Virus record (IMG/VR): IMGVR_UViG_3300010998_000493
Length of the DNA: 64,000 nucleotides
Direction: 5' to 3' (one strand)
From: an uncultured virus (IMG/VR IMGVR_UViG_3300010998_000493)
Taxonomy: Duplodnaviria > Heunggongvirae > Uroviricota > Caudoviricetes
Shown: piece by piece, positions 18,456-27,938 of the stretch
Position numbering within the stretch: the first letter of the stretch is position 1
How the letters are laid out: each line of letters starts with the position of its first letter
Translations under genes and position numbers: made by a program
The notes under the pieces: model-generated
Told to the model about the DNA's origin: nothing
Seen by the model: the letters and a program-made list of their open reading frames with translations, nothing else
Database searches by the model: none

Positions 18456-19202
18456 ATGAAACAAAAAGATAACAAACCGATATTGTTGATTATACCAGAC
18501 ATACATGGGCGTTTGTTCTGGATATCAGCCACAAGGAAGTATCCTGACTTGCCAGTGATTTTTCTTGGAGATTATCTGGACCCATATACACATTATGAGG
18601 AAATCCTGCCAAGTGAGGCTCTTGCGAATTTCAAGGAAATCCTGGATTTCAAGAAAGCTAATAGGGAAAGGGTTACTCTGCTTTTGGGTAATCACGACAT
18701 CCATTACTTTGATAAGGACATGAACAGCAGTCGTAAAGACAAAGAACGTTATGAAGAGATTCATCAAGTCTTTATTGAGAACTTGCCCTTGTTCAAACTG
18801 GCGATGACAATAAAGACCGCAGGGAAAGATTTCCTCTTCACTCATGCCGGTGTAGATATAGATTGGCTAAAGTATAGAATGCCAGAGGTCAACCCGAATG
18901 ATGTGCATGACATCTGCAAATCTCTCAATGACAAATTGATGACAGAAGAGAATCTTTATGATTTTGTTTTCAATGGCCTGATGGATGTGTCTGCATCGCG
19001 CTGGGGCTATGCTCGATATCCCTCACCAGTGTGGACGGATGAAACGGACCATCAATACATGAGAGAGCGATTGCCCAATGTCTATCAAGTCTTTGGGCAT
19101 ACCCAACAGGAATCGGAACCTGTCATCACAGAGCAATATGCATGCTTGGATTGTCGAAGGGCCTTTTTGCTAACAAGCAAAGGAAACATCATTAATGCAT
19201 AG
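18456..19202 (+). CDS. Calcineurin-like metallophosphoesterase
   Basis: PDIHG, GDYLD, GNHD, THAG, GHT motifs. Confidence 0.92.
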   Translation: MKQKDNKPILLIIPDIHGRLFWISATRKYPDLPVIFLGDYLDPYTHYEEILPSEALANFKEILDFKKANRERVTLLLGNHDIHYFDKDMNSSRKDKERYEEIHQVFIENLPLFKLAMTIKTAGKDFLFTHAGVDIDWLKYRMPEVNPNDVHDICKSLNDKLMTEENLYDFVFNGLMDVSASRWGYARYPSPVWTDETDHQYMRERLPNVYQVFGHTQQESEPVITEQYACLDCRRAFLLTSKGNIINA

Positions 19203-19214
19203 AAATCATTATTG

Positions 19215-19253
19215 ATTAGCGCCACCTCATTTATTAAATGGGGTGACGCTAAT
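19215..19253. terminator. Stem-loop after the operon
   Basis: ATTAGCG-CCACCTCATTT/AAATGGGGTGA-CGCTAAT inverted repeat. Confidence 0.65.
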
Positions 19254-19390
19254 TATAATCGCTTTTGTCTTTGGTAGCATTCTAAGTACAAGTTCTTTCT
19301 GTTAAACTCGTTTGCAAAATACACGTCTATAGATATGAAGATGCCTTAAAAAGGACATCTGTTTGTAATACTAATTATACTCTATTTGAT

Positions 19391-19747
19391 ATGGAAAAGA
19401 AGAAGGAAGAAAATACAGAAAAGGAGGAACTGACTCTTCAGAATGTTCCTAAAGCAGTTAATTATCTAATCAATGAGATTGCGGAGATGAGGGCCGTTTT
19501 AGAGCATATAGAATCTCAGCTAGGCCTCGGAGTTGACAAACACCGACCGATTGATGAAGAGAGAGCAGCAGAAATCCTGGGACAAACCAAAAATGTAATC
19601 AAGAAAATGGTTCGTGCCAGAGAAATCCCTTATTATGACAAAGGTAGGAAAGTATACTTCTTTGAAGATGAACTTGTGAAATGGGTCGAGGAATCAAGAG
19701 TGAAAACTTGGAGTGAGGAATACAAAAAGAACAAACGACTTTACTGA
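19391..19747 (+). CDS. Excisionase-like HTH_17 DNA-binding protein
   Basis: AAEILG..REIPYYDKGRKVYFFEDELVKW. Confidence 0.85.
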   Translation: MEKKKEENTEKEELTLQNVPKAVNYLINEIAEMRAVLEHIESQLGLGVDKHRPIDEERAAEILGQTKNVIKKMVRAREIPYYDKGRKVYFFEDELVKWVEESRVKTWSEEYKKNKRLY

Positions 19748-19757
19748 TTTTGGAAAG

Positions 19758-21113
19758 ATGGAAACAACAAGAGAAGAATTATACAAATTGATTTGGAAAG
19801 AACCTGTAACTAAAGTTGCAGAGAAGATGGGTGTTCCTGCTCCAATTCTAAGGAAGTTTTGTCATCGATTGAATATCCCTACGCCATCAAGTGGTTATTG
19901 GTCAAAACTTCAGTTTGGCAAACCAGTAGAGATACCGCCTCTCCCAGCGTTTGAAGATAAAGAGGTTCCCACTTTGGATTCGTTTCAGAAGCCCAAGAAG
20001 AAAGTAATAGAAAAAGCCCAGAAGGAATTAGCTAAGGAGAAAGAAATACCCTCAAATGAAGAATCTGCGGGAACACCCTCTAATTCTGATGAGCCAAAAC
20101 AAGAAACGGTCTATATCATGGAAGAACCGCAAGACCCACGTGAAAAGATTCAATATGAATTGAAAAAGATGGATCAAGCGCTATTTGTCGTTCCTGAGAT
20201 ATTATACGCAAAGAATCCTCTTATCATTGATACAAAAGAATACTTTAGAGGAGATAAAAATGCTAAGTATTTAGACAAGAATCCATATAAGTGCAAGATT
20301 AAGTCGCCTCTAAACATTCGTGTACAACCTGAAAATCTGGACCGTGCATTACGTATCTTTTCTACAATAATAAGAGTGTTGGAACTCCGTGGACATCAAG
20401 TAGTGGCAAAAGACGTTAACAATACATATGTCATTGTCAACGAAGAAGAAATACCCATACTACTATATGAGAAAAACAAGCAAATACCAAATACAGAATC
20501 CGACTACCCGAAATTCCTAACGGTTCCATCTGGAAAGTTCAAGTTTGAGATACCACGGAAAAAGCTTTTTTCCATTTATACGACATGTATAGAAGATACT
20601 TCTGCTACAAAACTAGAAGAGAAAATAATCAGTATTATTACTAAAATTGAAAGCGAGGCTATTTCCATTAAAGAAGATCGTGAAGAGATGGAAAGGATCA
20701 GGAGGAAACAAGAAGAAGAGCAAAAAAGAAGAGAACTTGAAGAGCAGAAGAAGAGGGAATTTGCAAAGAAACGAGAGAAGGAAAGGACGGAATTGAAGGC
20801 TGCATTCCTCTCTGCAGAATGCTATTCGTGGGCTAATATCTTAAGAGCCTATGTGGAAAAATATGAATCTTTTCTTAATGAGAAAGAAGCCATAGATGAT
20901 GAAGACAAAGAAAAGCTAAATTGGCTTAAGAGAAAAATTGAGTGGCTTGATCCTTTCATCGAATGCGATGATGAATTGCTGACAGAAGAAGACAAGCGAA
21001 ATATTATCTATCCCGAAATCGATATGAAGGATAATATAGCTACTTTCCATTCATATTCTGAAATGCCTCCAGAATTCACATTTTGGAACAATCCGTTTAG
21101 GAGAAGAAACTAA
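19758..21113 (+). CDS. Hypothetical protein with N-terminal HTH and coiled coil
   Basis: TREELYKLIW..P..VA..G..LRK.C..LNIPTP..GYW N-terminus. Confidence 0.75.
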   Translation: METTREELYKLIWKEPVTKVAEKMGVPAPILRKFCHRLNIPTPSSGYWSKLQFGKPVEIPPLPAFEDKEVPTLDSFQKPKKKVIEKAQKELAKEKEIPSNEESAGTPSNSDEPKQETVYIMEEPQDPREKIQYELKKMDQALFVVPEILYAKNPLIIDTKEYFRGDKNAKYLDKNPYKCKIKSPLNIRVQPENLDRALRIFSTIIRVLELRGHQVVAKDVNNTYVIVNEEEIPILLYEKNKQIPNTESDYPKFLTVPSGKFKFEIPRKKLFSIYTTCIEDTSATKLEEKIISIITKIESEAISIKEDREEMERIRRKQEEEQKRRELEEQKKREFAKKREKERTELKAAFLSAECYSWANILRAYVEKYESFLNEKEAIDDEDKEKLNWLKRKIEWLDPFIECDDELLTEEDKRNIIYPEIDMKDNIATFHSYSEMPPEFTFWNNPFRRRN

Positions 21114-21530
21114 AAAGGCTCTTTGCTTGTATTCCTTCTTTTGCGACTATTGAGGAGGTCATTATTTGTATCATAGCCAATATGATTAGTTAAAATGCGA
21201 CTCGCGCAAAAATATTTGCGCGAGTTATGATTATAGAAAGTTTTATCATCGAATATCCAATACCGGGAGTATGCATCTTTACGTTAAAGGATGAAAGCAC
21301 TCGTCGCACTACCAACAATTGGAGTTTTTGCGTAAACAGAATTTTTTAGTGAAAACTTATCACGGATAGTTTGGAGTGTTCTACAGGGAAAATACAATTT
21401 GTGTGGAATGTTAATTTTTCAAAGATTGTTGGCGGTTTTAACCTAATGATAATCATCTATATACAAGAAAAGACTTGCATAAACAATACGTAAACTCCTT
21501 ATTTCTGTTAGGAGTATTTTTACGGGGGAT

Positions 21531-22025
21531 AAAACGAAATGTGTAAAAAGTGAGATGATATCTAACAAGGTATAAATGGCTGTATACAAATGCGTTTGAG
21601 TGATTTATACTGTGAGTAAATTGAGAGATAAAACAAAAACGAAATGTAACATTGGCTTTACATTTGCTTTACGTTTAGAGCACGTTTGAACGGCGTTTTA
21701 GAGGGAAAATGTAACATGGCGGTCTGGATGGATCGCTTTTTTTGTATGTGGCATTCTGGATGAAGCTGAACGGACATAGTCAGATAGGTTAAAAGCCCTG
21801 TATAGGCTTGTTCTGAGGCGTTTTCTACACGCGCACGTATATGTACCTATAACGAATAAGAAAGAGACTCTGAGGGAGCTATAATATAGCACCATACAGG
21901 ACGGCATTACGGATCATTTTCGTGACATTACGAAGATGGTCCTTTTTTGTGTCAAAAATGGGATTGGGTGGACATTTGGGTGGACGTTTGGATGGACAGA
22001 TTTTGATTTGCAAAAACGAAATGTG
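21531..22025 (+). repeat. Left-end transposase-binding sites L1-L3
   Basis: AAAACGAAATGT at 21531-21542, within 21634-21647 and within 22011-22025. Confidence 0.85.
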
Positions 22026-22051
22026 TTGATTGGGTGGACATTTGGGTGGAC
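21964..22051 (+). repeat. Five copies of TTGG(G/A)TGGAC with 12-bp period
   Basis: Units start at 21964, 21976, 21988, 22030 and 22042, flanking L3. Confidence 0.9.
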
Positions 22052-22280
22052 ACTTTTAACACTTTTTCAAGGCGATTCCAAGGGGAAAAGGGTCAAAAAA
22101 AATAGAAAAACAGCCTTTTTTTTCGTTTTCAAGGGGCGAAAATCAAAGAAAAAGACCGTTTTCAGATAGCGAAATTCACAACAAAGTGCTAATTCACAAT
22201 ACCTTGTGAGAAATGGCGTGAAATTTGGATGCGCATTTGGTTTTATGTCAGCGGCAAAACCACTGCCAATACGGCATCAT

Positions 22281-22913
22281 TCAGAAGAAGCGGGCAATGG
22301 AACCAAGCACCTCAAAGACACGTATGATGCGTGAGATGCCGAACTCCTGTTCATCGTATTCTTGATTGATGGGGACATAACGTAGCATATCAGGTGTGGA
22401 GCCACGTCGCAAGATTTTGATGGTTCGTATGGTGTCAAGCACGACTGCATATATTTCTCCGTACTGAATATCATTGATGGAGCACTCATGCAGTGCAATG
22501 ATGTCACCATGATTGATTTTCGGTTCCATAGAATGGCCTGTGACGTTGCACCAAACAGAAGCCTTCTCAAAGCCCGGCACCAGGACATTACAAGCCGGAA
22601 CCGTCGTCTGATTGTTGAATATCTCGTTGAAGCCACCTATGAAGTCCACATCGTAATATGGTGTTCCTACAGCCGGATCAAAGCTCACCTTTGCTGGAAC
22701 ATTCTCTTCTTTCAGCATAGCACCTTTGCCTGTGAGCAACCAATCCGAAGACAACTTTTCGCATTTTGCAAAAAGAAGATCATAATCAATCGTGTCACGA
22801 GACAGCCAAGAACTGATGGTTGACGGAGCAACCCCAATCATCTTAGCAAACACAGATGGTTTACCATCGCTATAATGGGCAATTATTGCCTCAAGCCGTT
22901 CTTTTTTAGTCAT
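22281..22913 (-). CDS. Phage CI-like repressor (HTH plus S24 peptidase)
   Basis: FAKMIGVAPSTISSW HTH, WLLTGKG, VTGHSMEP..TIK S24 Ser/Lys dyad. Confidence 0.93.
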   Translation of the reverse strand: MTKKERLEAIIAHYSDGKPSVFAKMIGVAPSTISSWLSRDTIDYDLLFAKCEKLSSDWLLTGKGAMLKEENVPAKVSFDPAVGTPYYDVDFIGGFNEIFNNQTTVPACNVLVPGFEKASVWCNVTGHSMEPKINHGDIIALHECSINDIQYGEIYAVVLDTIRTIKILRRGSTPDMLRYVPINQEYDEQEFGISRIIRVFEVLGSIARFF

Positions 22914-22915
22914 AA

Positions 22916-23017
22916 TTTTGCAGTTTGCGAAAAATAATCTCGAAAACATTTTGCATTTTGCGAAACGTTTACTATCTTTGCAGGCGTATTCATTAAGTGA
23001 ACAGCGCGACAAAGGTA
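22916..23017. promoter_or_regulatory. Lysis/lysogeny switch: operators and opposed promoters
   Basis: TTTTGCA(G/T)TTTGCGAAA at 22916-22933 and 22949-22965; TATCTTTG (+, 22973-22980) and TACCTTTG (-, 23010-23017). Confidence 0.75.
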
Positions 23018-23066
23018 AAAAAAAATATCTGAGACACGAGAAAATTAACAGTTAAAATTGAGAATT

Positions 23067-23270
23067 ATGGCAAGAAAAGAGACAACTGCAGTGAAAGAGC
23101 TCCTGACGGTTATGAGCGTAGGAACTTACAGGATGTTGGCAATGCGCGGTGTTCTGCGCATCGCTCAACGTGCGCCCTACACCTTGGTAGAGCGCGAGAG
23201 TGTGCCAGAGAAGTATCTTAATCTATTGGCTTGTGCTCGTCGAACGTCTTCACCAGGCTGTAGTTATTGA
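23067..23270 (+). CDS. Small early hypothetical protein
   Basis: First ORF after the rightward promoter; A-rich start context. Confidence 0.55.
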   Translation: MARKETTAVKELLTVMSVGTYRMLAMRGVLRIAQRAPYTLVERESVPEKYLNLLACARRTSSPGCSY

Positions 23271-23511
23271 ACTGCATGAAGAACTTGATGGTGGCCAGCA
23301 GTTCTTCCTTGAAGAAGTGGTCTTTGGGATATGAGATTTTTATGACGAGCCAGTTAGTCTTTTCATCGAAGAACTCAAATTCATACCAAAGGGCGAAAGC
23401 CTCCACAAAGTGCTTGGCCTGCTGCTCCTCATAGTCGTAGAGATGCTGGCCCTTCAGGTTCTCAACGTATTTGCCCATCATGACGGTGGTGCAGTTGTAA
23501 AATTCGCTCAT
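23218..23511 (-). CDS. Small antisense-oriented accessory (moron-like) protein
   Basis: 97 aa ORF with its own TACCTTTG box at 23540-23547 (minus). Confidence 0.7.
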   Translation of the reverse strand: MSEFYNCTTVMMGKYVENLKGQHLYDYEEQQAKHFVEAFALWYEFEFFDEKTNWLVIKISYPKDHFFKEELLATIKFFMQFNNYSLVKTFDEHKPID

Positions 23512-23573
23512 AGGAATTATCAATTTGTGAACAACGGTACAAAGGTAGTAATAATAAATACGAATAACGAATT

Positions 23574-23750
23574 ATGAACAGAAGAATTGTTATGGATCGT
23601 GGCAGTGTTGTGAAGTTGGCTTCGGCTATGAACTGCACGCGTGAAATGGTAAGCAAGGCATTGAACTTCAAGAAGAATTCAATGCTTGCAAGGAAAATTC
23701 GCCATGTTGCCAAGGAACAATATGGCGGCATAGAGATAGGTGACAGATAA
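23574..23750 (+). CDS. Ner/Cro-like small HTH protein (58 aa, absent from the ORF track)
   Basis: MNRRIVMDRGSVVKLASAMNCTREMVSKALNFKKNSMLARKIRHVAKEQYGG. Confidence 0.8.
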   Translation: MNRRIVMDRGSVVKLASAMNCTREMVSKALNFKKNSMLARKIRHVAKEQYGGIEIGDR

Positions 23751-23763
23751 TAAGGAGACAGTT

Positions 23764-23958
23764 ATGAAGCAGTTTTTGAAAGAAGTGGCGAAGATGGCTA
23801 TTGCCGTCGTGCTGGGGCTTATTTACCTGTGGTTCCTGCTGAGTTTCAAATGGAGCATTGAGGACATGAGTACCTTAGAGAAGTGCGTGGGCATCGTGTA
23901 CGGTTTTGTGATGGTGCCAGTGTATTACAAGCTAACAGATGTGATGAAACTGAGATAA
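23764..23958 (+). CDS. Small membrane protein
   Basis: Two hydrophobic segments. Confidence 0.65.
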   Translation: MKQFLKEVAKMAIAVVLGLIYLWFLLSFKWSIEDMSTLEKCVGIVYGFVMVPVYYKLTDVMKLR

Positions 23959-24004
23959 CCCTTACGGGCGAACCGTAAGGAACACTAAACGGAGTGAGCA
24001 AACT

Positions 24005-26059
24005 ATGGAGTATTACAATAAGACATTGTGCGTAACATTCAAGGAACTAACAGAGGGCGGTATCATAACTGGCCCAACACTTCTGAAGAACGTCCAGCGA
24101 GGCAACATCCAGTGTGCCAATCGTGGTGGGGGTGAAGGTTCAAAGGCTCTATATGTTTATGCGTCGCTCCCTATGAAGTACAGGATGATGTTTGAAGCTA
24201 AGTATGGCAAGCCCGCAGACGTACTGAAGGCTCAGGACCTGAAGGAGCGGGTAAAGGAAGACAGTAATGCCAGAGTATTTTATGAGGCTTTTGAATATGA
24301 TTTGAACGGTGTTCAAACGCGGTTGAGCCAGAAACTCATTGATGAGTACACGGGCAATGCCAGTGTGCTGAAGATGCTCTGGGAGCGCATGAACGAGCTT
24401 ACGGCGACGACCCACGCTCTTGGCGGTGGCAGGCGCGGCGACCTCTGGGACATCATTTTCAGACAAAGCGAGAAACTGAGAGAGGTTACCGGCCACACCC
24501 TGCCTAAGAACCTGGCGCGATTGAAGGAGAAGATGTCACATTATAAGAAAAGCGGATATGAGACTCTGATCAGTGGCAAGGTAGGCAATAAGAATACCCT
24601 GAAGATAACCGAGGATGCCGGACGCAGGCTGATAGCCCTGAAGCGCAGCCGCGTGCCGGTACTGACGGACAGCCAGATATTCGACACCTTCAATCAGGAG
24701 TGCGAGGTTAAAGGCTGGAAGCCATTGAAGAGCGTGAGAAGTCTGAAGACATGGCTGGAGAGTGCTGCCATTGAACCATTGTGGCATGATGCAGTATATG
24801 GAGAGATGAGTGCCCATCAGAAGTTTGACCGCAGGCACAAGACCCAGTTGCCTACGATGAGGGATGCCCTCTGGTATGGTGACGGCACGAAGATAAACCT
24901 CTACTACCGTGACGACGAAGGCAAGGTGAGGACTACGAGCGTGTATGAGGTCATCGACGCTGCAACGGAAATGTTCTTAGGCTTCTGCATCAGCGACAAC
25001 GAGGACTACGAGGCTCAATATATGGCTTACAGGATGGCTATTCAGGTGAGCGGTCACAAGCCCTATGAGATTGTGCATGACAATCAGGGCGGCCATAAGA
25101 AGTTGCAGAGCCAGAAGTTCTTTGACAAGCTCTGCCACATCCACAGAACCACCGCCCCCTACAACGGCGCTTCAAAGACCATTGAAAGCGTATTCGGACG
25201 TTTCCAAATGCAGGTACTTCATAAGGACTGGCGCTTCACCGGTCAGAACATCACGGCTAAAAAAGACAGCAGCCGTCCGAACATGGAGTTTATCGAGGCA
25301 AACAAGGATAAGCTCTACACCTACGACGAACTGAAAGCAGCCTACCTGAAGGCGCGAACCGAATGGAACGAGATGGCACACCCCGCCACCGGCGAGCAGC
25401 GCATAAAGATGTACGAGCAGAGCGAGAACCCCGAAACACCCGTAGTGACCGCGAGCGACATGATAGATATGTTCTGGGTACAGTGCGACCGCATGAGCAC
25501 CTTCACCAGTAGCGGCATAGAGATAACCGTGAAAGGTCAGAAACGTGTGTACGAGGTGATGAGTGAACCAGGAGTGCCCGATATAGAGTGGCGCAGGAAG
25601 CACACCTATCAGAAATTCGTGGTGAAATACGACCCCTACGACTTCCAGAGCATCCGCTTGTACTGGAAAGACAAGGCCGGCGAACTGAGGTTTGAGCGTG
25701 TAGCGGAACCCTATATCGTAATACATCGCGCCATTCAGGAGCAGACGGAAGGCGAGGCTACATTCATCAGGCAGCAGCAGAAAGCCATAGAGCAAAGCCG
25801 GATAGAGCGTCAGGTGACAGGCAGGCAGATAGAGTTTGCCGAGGGTGTGGCACCAGAGCAGAACGGTCTCAGCAGTCCAGGCTTGAAGGGAGTGACCGCA
25901 GATGTTCAGAGGCAGATAGACCGCAGGCTCAGAAAGTACGGCAAGGAACCGGAGGAACTAAGCCTTGGCAGGTTGACAAAGAAGGTGAGCAAAATGGACT
26001 GGAGCGAAGTGAGCGAGACAGTCACCATTGATATGAAGAAAGTGGCAGGTAAACTATAG
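24005..26059 (+). CDS. Mu-like DDE transposase (MuA)
   Basis: WYGDGT, HDNQGG, SKTIESVFGRFQ DDE triad; 684 aa. Confidence 0.93.
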   Translation: MEYYNKTLCVTFKELTEGGIITGPTLLKNVQRGNIQCANRGGGEGSKALYVYASLPMKYRMMFEAKYGKPADVLKAQDLKERVKEDSNARVFYEAFEYDLNGVQTRLSQKLIDEYTGNASVLKMLWERMNELTATTHALGGGRRGDLWDIIFRQSEKLREVTGHTLPKNLARLKEKMSHYKKSGYETLISGKVGNKNTLKITEDAGRRLIALKRSRVPVLTDSQIFDTFNQECEVKGWKPLKSVRSLKTWLESAAIEPLWHDAVYGEMSAHQKFDRRHKTQLPTMRDALWYGDGTKINLYYRDDEGKVRTTSVYEVIDAATEMFLGFCISDNEDYEAQYMAYRMAIQVSGHKPYEIVHDNQGGHKKLQSQKFFDKLCHIHRTTAPYNGASKTIESVFGRFQMQVLHKDWRFTGQNITAKKDSSRPNMEFIEANKDKLYTYDELKAAYLKARTEWNEMAHPATGEQRIKMYEQSENPETPVVTASDMIDMFWVQCDRMSTFTSSGIEITVKGQKRVYEVMSEPGVPDIEWRRKHTYQKFVVKYDPYDFQSIRLYWKDKAGELRFERVAEPYIVIHRAIQEQTEGEATFIRQQQKAIEQSRIERQVTGRQIEFAEGVAPEQNGLSSPGLKGVTADVQRQIDRRLRKYGKEPEELSLGRLTKKVSKMDWSEVSETVTIDMKKVAGKL

Positions 26060-26101
26060 AAAAAAAAGAAACGATCAACTGAATTTTTAAGTATAAGAGA
26101 C

Positions 26102-26968
26102 ATGGAACAGAAACAGAAAGAACAGATTGCACAGCGTCTGAGGACGTATGTAGCGAAGTATCGCAGCCAAAACAAGGCAGTGGGCAGCCTGAAAGGAACA
26201 AGTGCCGGAACAGTGAGCAACATCCTGAACGGCAAGTGGGAAAACATCAGCGAAGACATGTGGAAGAAGATAGGCGACCAAGTGGGCACCGGCAGCAGTG
26301 AAGACGGCTGGCAGATAGTGGAGACAGGCGCCTATCAGGAAATCACCTACGCGCTGCATGATGCCCAAGAGTGGAAAAACGTGACATGGGTAGTAGGCGA
26401 AGCCGGATGCGGCAAGACCACGACTGCGAAACTCTATGCGGAGGAACACAAGGAAGTTTTTTACCTGCTATGTTCAGAGGACTTGCACAAGGGCGAGTTT
26501 GTGAGAGAAATTGCCCGTCTGATAGGCATCCGTACTGAAGGCTACACGGTCAGAGGATTGTGGACCGCCATCCTTGACAACCTCATTCAGATGGATGCGC
26601 CCCTTCTCATCTTCGATGAAGCAGACAAGCTGACCGAAAGCGTGTTCCACTACTTCATCAGCCTCTACAACAAACTGGAAGACAAGTGTGGCGTAGTATT
26701 CATGAGTACGGACTATATCATCAAACGCATTGAAAAGGGGCTGAGATTGCAGCGTCCTGGCTATAAGGAATTCTACAGTCGCATCGGCAGGAAATACTTT
26801 GAGCTGGATGATACAACCGCTAACGATGTCTATGCCATCTGCACAGCCAACGGGCTGAGAGACCGCAAAGACATAGATGAAGTGATTAAGGATGCGGAGG
26901 AATACGACTATGACCTCCGCAGAGTCAAGAAGAGCATCCACAGGGTAAAACGTTCTAAGGCTGCATAA
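26102..26968 (+). CDS. MuB-like AAA transposition ATPase
   Basis: N-terminal HTH, GEAGCGKT, LIFDEADK, DLRRV. Confidence 0.92.
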   Translation: MEQKQKEQIAQRLRTYVAKYRSQNKAVGSLKGTSAGTVSNILNGKWENISEDMWKKIGDQVGTGSSEDGWQIVETGAYQEITYALHDAQEWKNVTWVVGEAGCGKTTTAKLYAEEHKEVFYLLCSEDLHKGEFVREIARLIGIRTEGYTVRGLWTAILDNLIQMDAPLLIFDEADKLTESVFHYFISLYNKLEDKCGVVFMSTDYIIKRIEKGLRLQRPGYKEFYSRIGRKYFELDDTTANDVYAICTANGLRDRKDIDEVIKDAEEYDYDLRRVKKSIHRVKRSKAA

Positions 26969-26972
26969 GGCT

Positions 26973-27590
26973 ATGGGCAGAGCATTGACAGTAAAAGAAG
27001 TGTTGAACAAGAAAAGACGGACCTTTCCATTTGAAGGGGAATGGGCTGCCGCTTTCGCCCAGCCTGAGCGCACAGGTGTTTGGTTCATCTGGGGACGTTC
27101 AGGCAACGGTAAGACCTCGTTTGTGATGCGGCTTATAGCAGAGCTGTGCAAGTATGACCGTGTTGCCTTTGACAGCATGGAAGAGGGTGACAGCCTATCA
27201 ATGCGCCAGAAACTCGTACGTAACGGATTGAGCAAGGCAGGCAGCCGCCTTCATCTGTTGAATGCCGAGCCGATTGCGGAGCTGAAAGAGCGTTTGGCAC
27301 GGCGCAAAAGTTATAACATCATCGTAATTGACTCGTTCCAGTACACCCAAATGAGCTACCGAGACTATATCCAGTTCAAGGAGCAGTTCAAGGACAAGCT
27401 CATCATCTTCATCAGCCATGCGAAGGGCAGTCTTCCGAGAGGCAGTGCAGCAGAATCCGTGATGTATGATGCCACCCTGAAGATATGGGTGGAAGGTTTC
27501 AAGGCTTTCTCTAAAGGTCGCTTCATCGGTGAGACCGGCGAGTTCACCATCTGGGATGAGGGAGCAGCACGTTATTGGGGTGAGAAATAA
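26973..27590 (+). CDS. RecA/Sms-like P-loop ATPase
   Basis: GRSGNGKTS, IVIDSFQY. Confidence 0.85.
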   Translation: MGRALTVKEVLNKKRRTFPFEGEWAAAFAQPERTGVWFIWGRSGNGKTSFVMRLIAELCKYDRVAFDSMEEGDSLSMRQKLVRNGLSKAGSRLHLLNAEPIAELKERLARRKSYNIIVIDSFQYTQMSYRDYIQFKEQFKDKLIIFISHAKGSLPRGSAAESVMYDATLKIWVEGFKAFSKGRFIGETGEFTIWDEGAARYWGEK

Positions 27591-27605
27591 ACGGAGAAAA
27601 AAAGA

Positions 27606-27911
27606 ATGAGTAAGAAAGTATATATAGGAGGTAAGATGCTTCACTTACCACTAAAGGCTCAGTGGTATGATATGCAAGAGCGAGGCGAGAAGACGGAGGA
27701 ATACCGTGAATATACTGAATACTGGCATAAGCGACTCATTGACCAGGAGACACTGCGTCCGAAGCCATACACCCACGTCTGTTTCCATTACGGTTACACA
27801 AAACGCTGCTTCATTCACAAGATTGACAGCATCACCATTGGCATGGGACGACCAGAATGGGGAGCACCAACCGACCGCGAGGTGTTTATCATTAAGCATC
27901 ATAAAGAATAG
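27606..27911 (+). CDS. ASCH-domain protein
   Basis: LHLPLKAQWYDM..GEKTEEYRE..GY..EWGA. Confidence 0.85.
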   Translation: MSKKVYIGGKMLHLPLKAQWYDMQERGEKTEEYREYTEYWHKRLIDQETLRPKPYTHVCFHYGYTKRCFIHKIDSITIGMGRPEWGAPTDREVFIIKHHKE

Positions 27912-27938
27912 AACACGAATTTGAAAAGGATAGAAAGA

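Noticed and set aside
21964..22051. CRISPR array
   Set aside because: Units are 10 bp with 2-bp gaps; no unique spacers and no cas genes
21936..22169. 77 aa ORF with GWTF repeats
   Set aside because: Incidental translation of the 12-bp DNA repeats in the non-coding phage end
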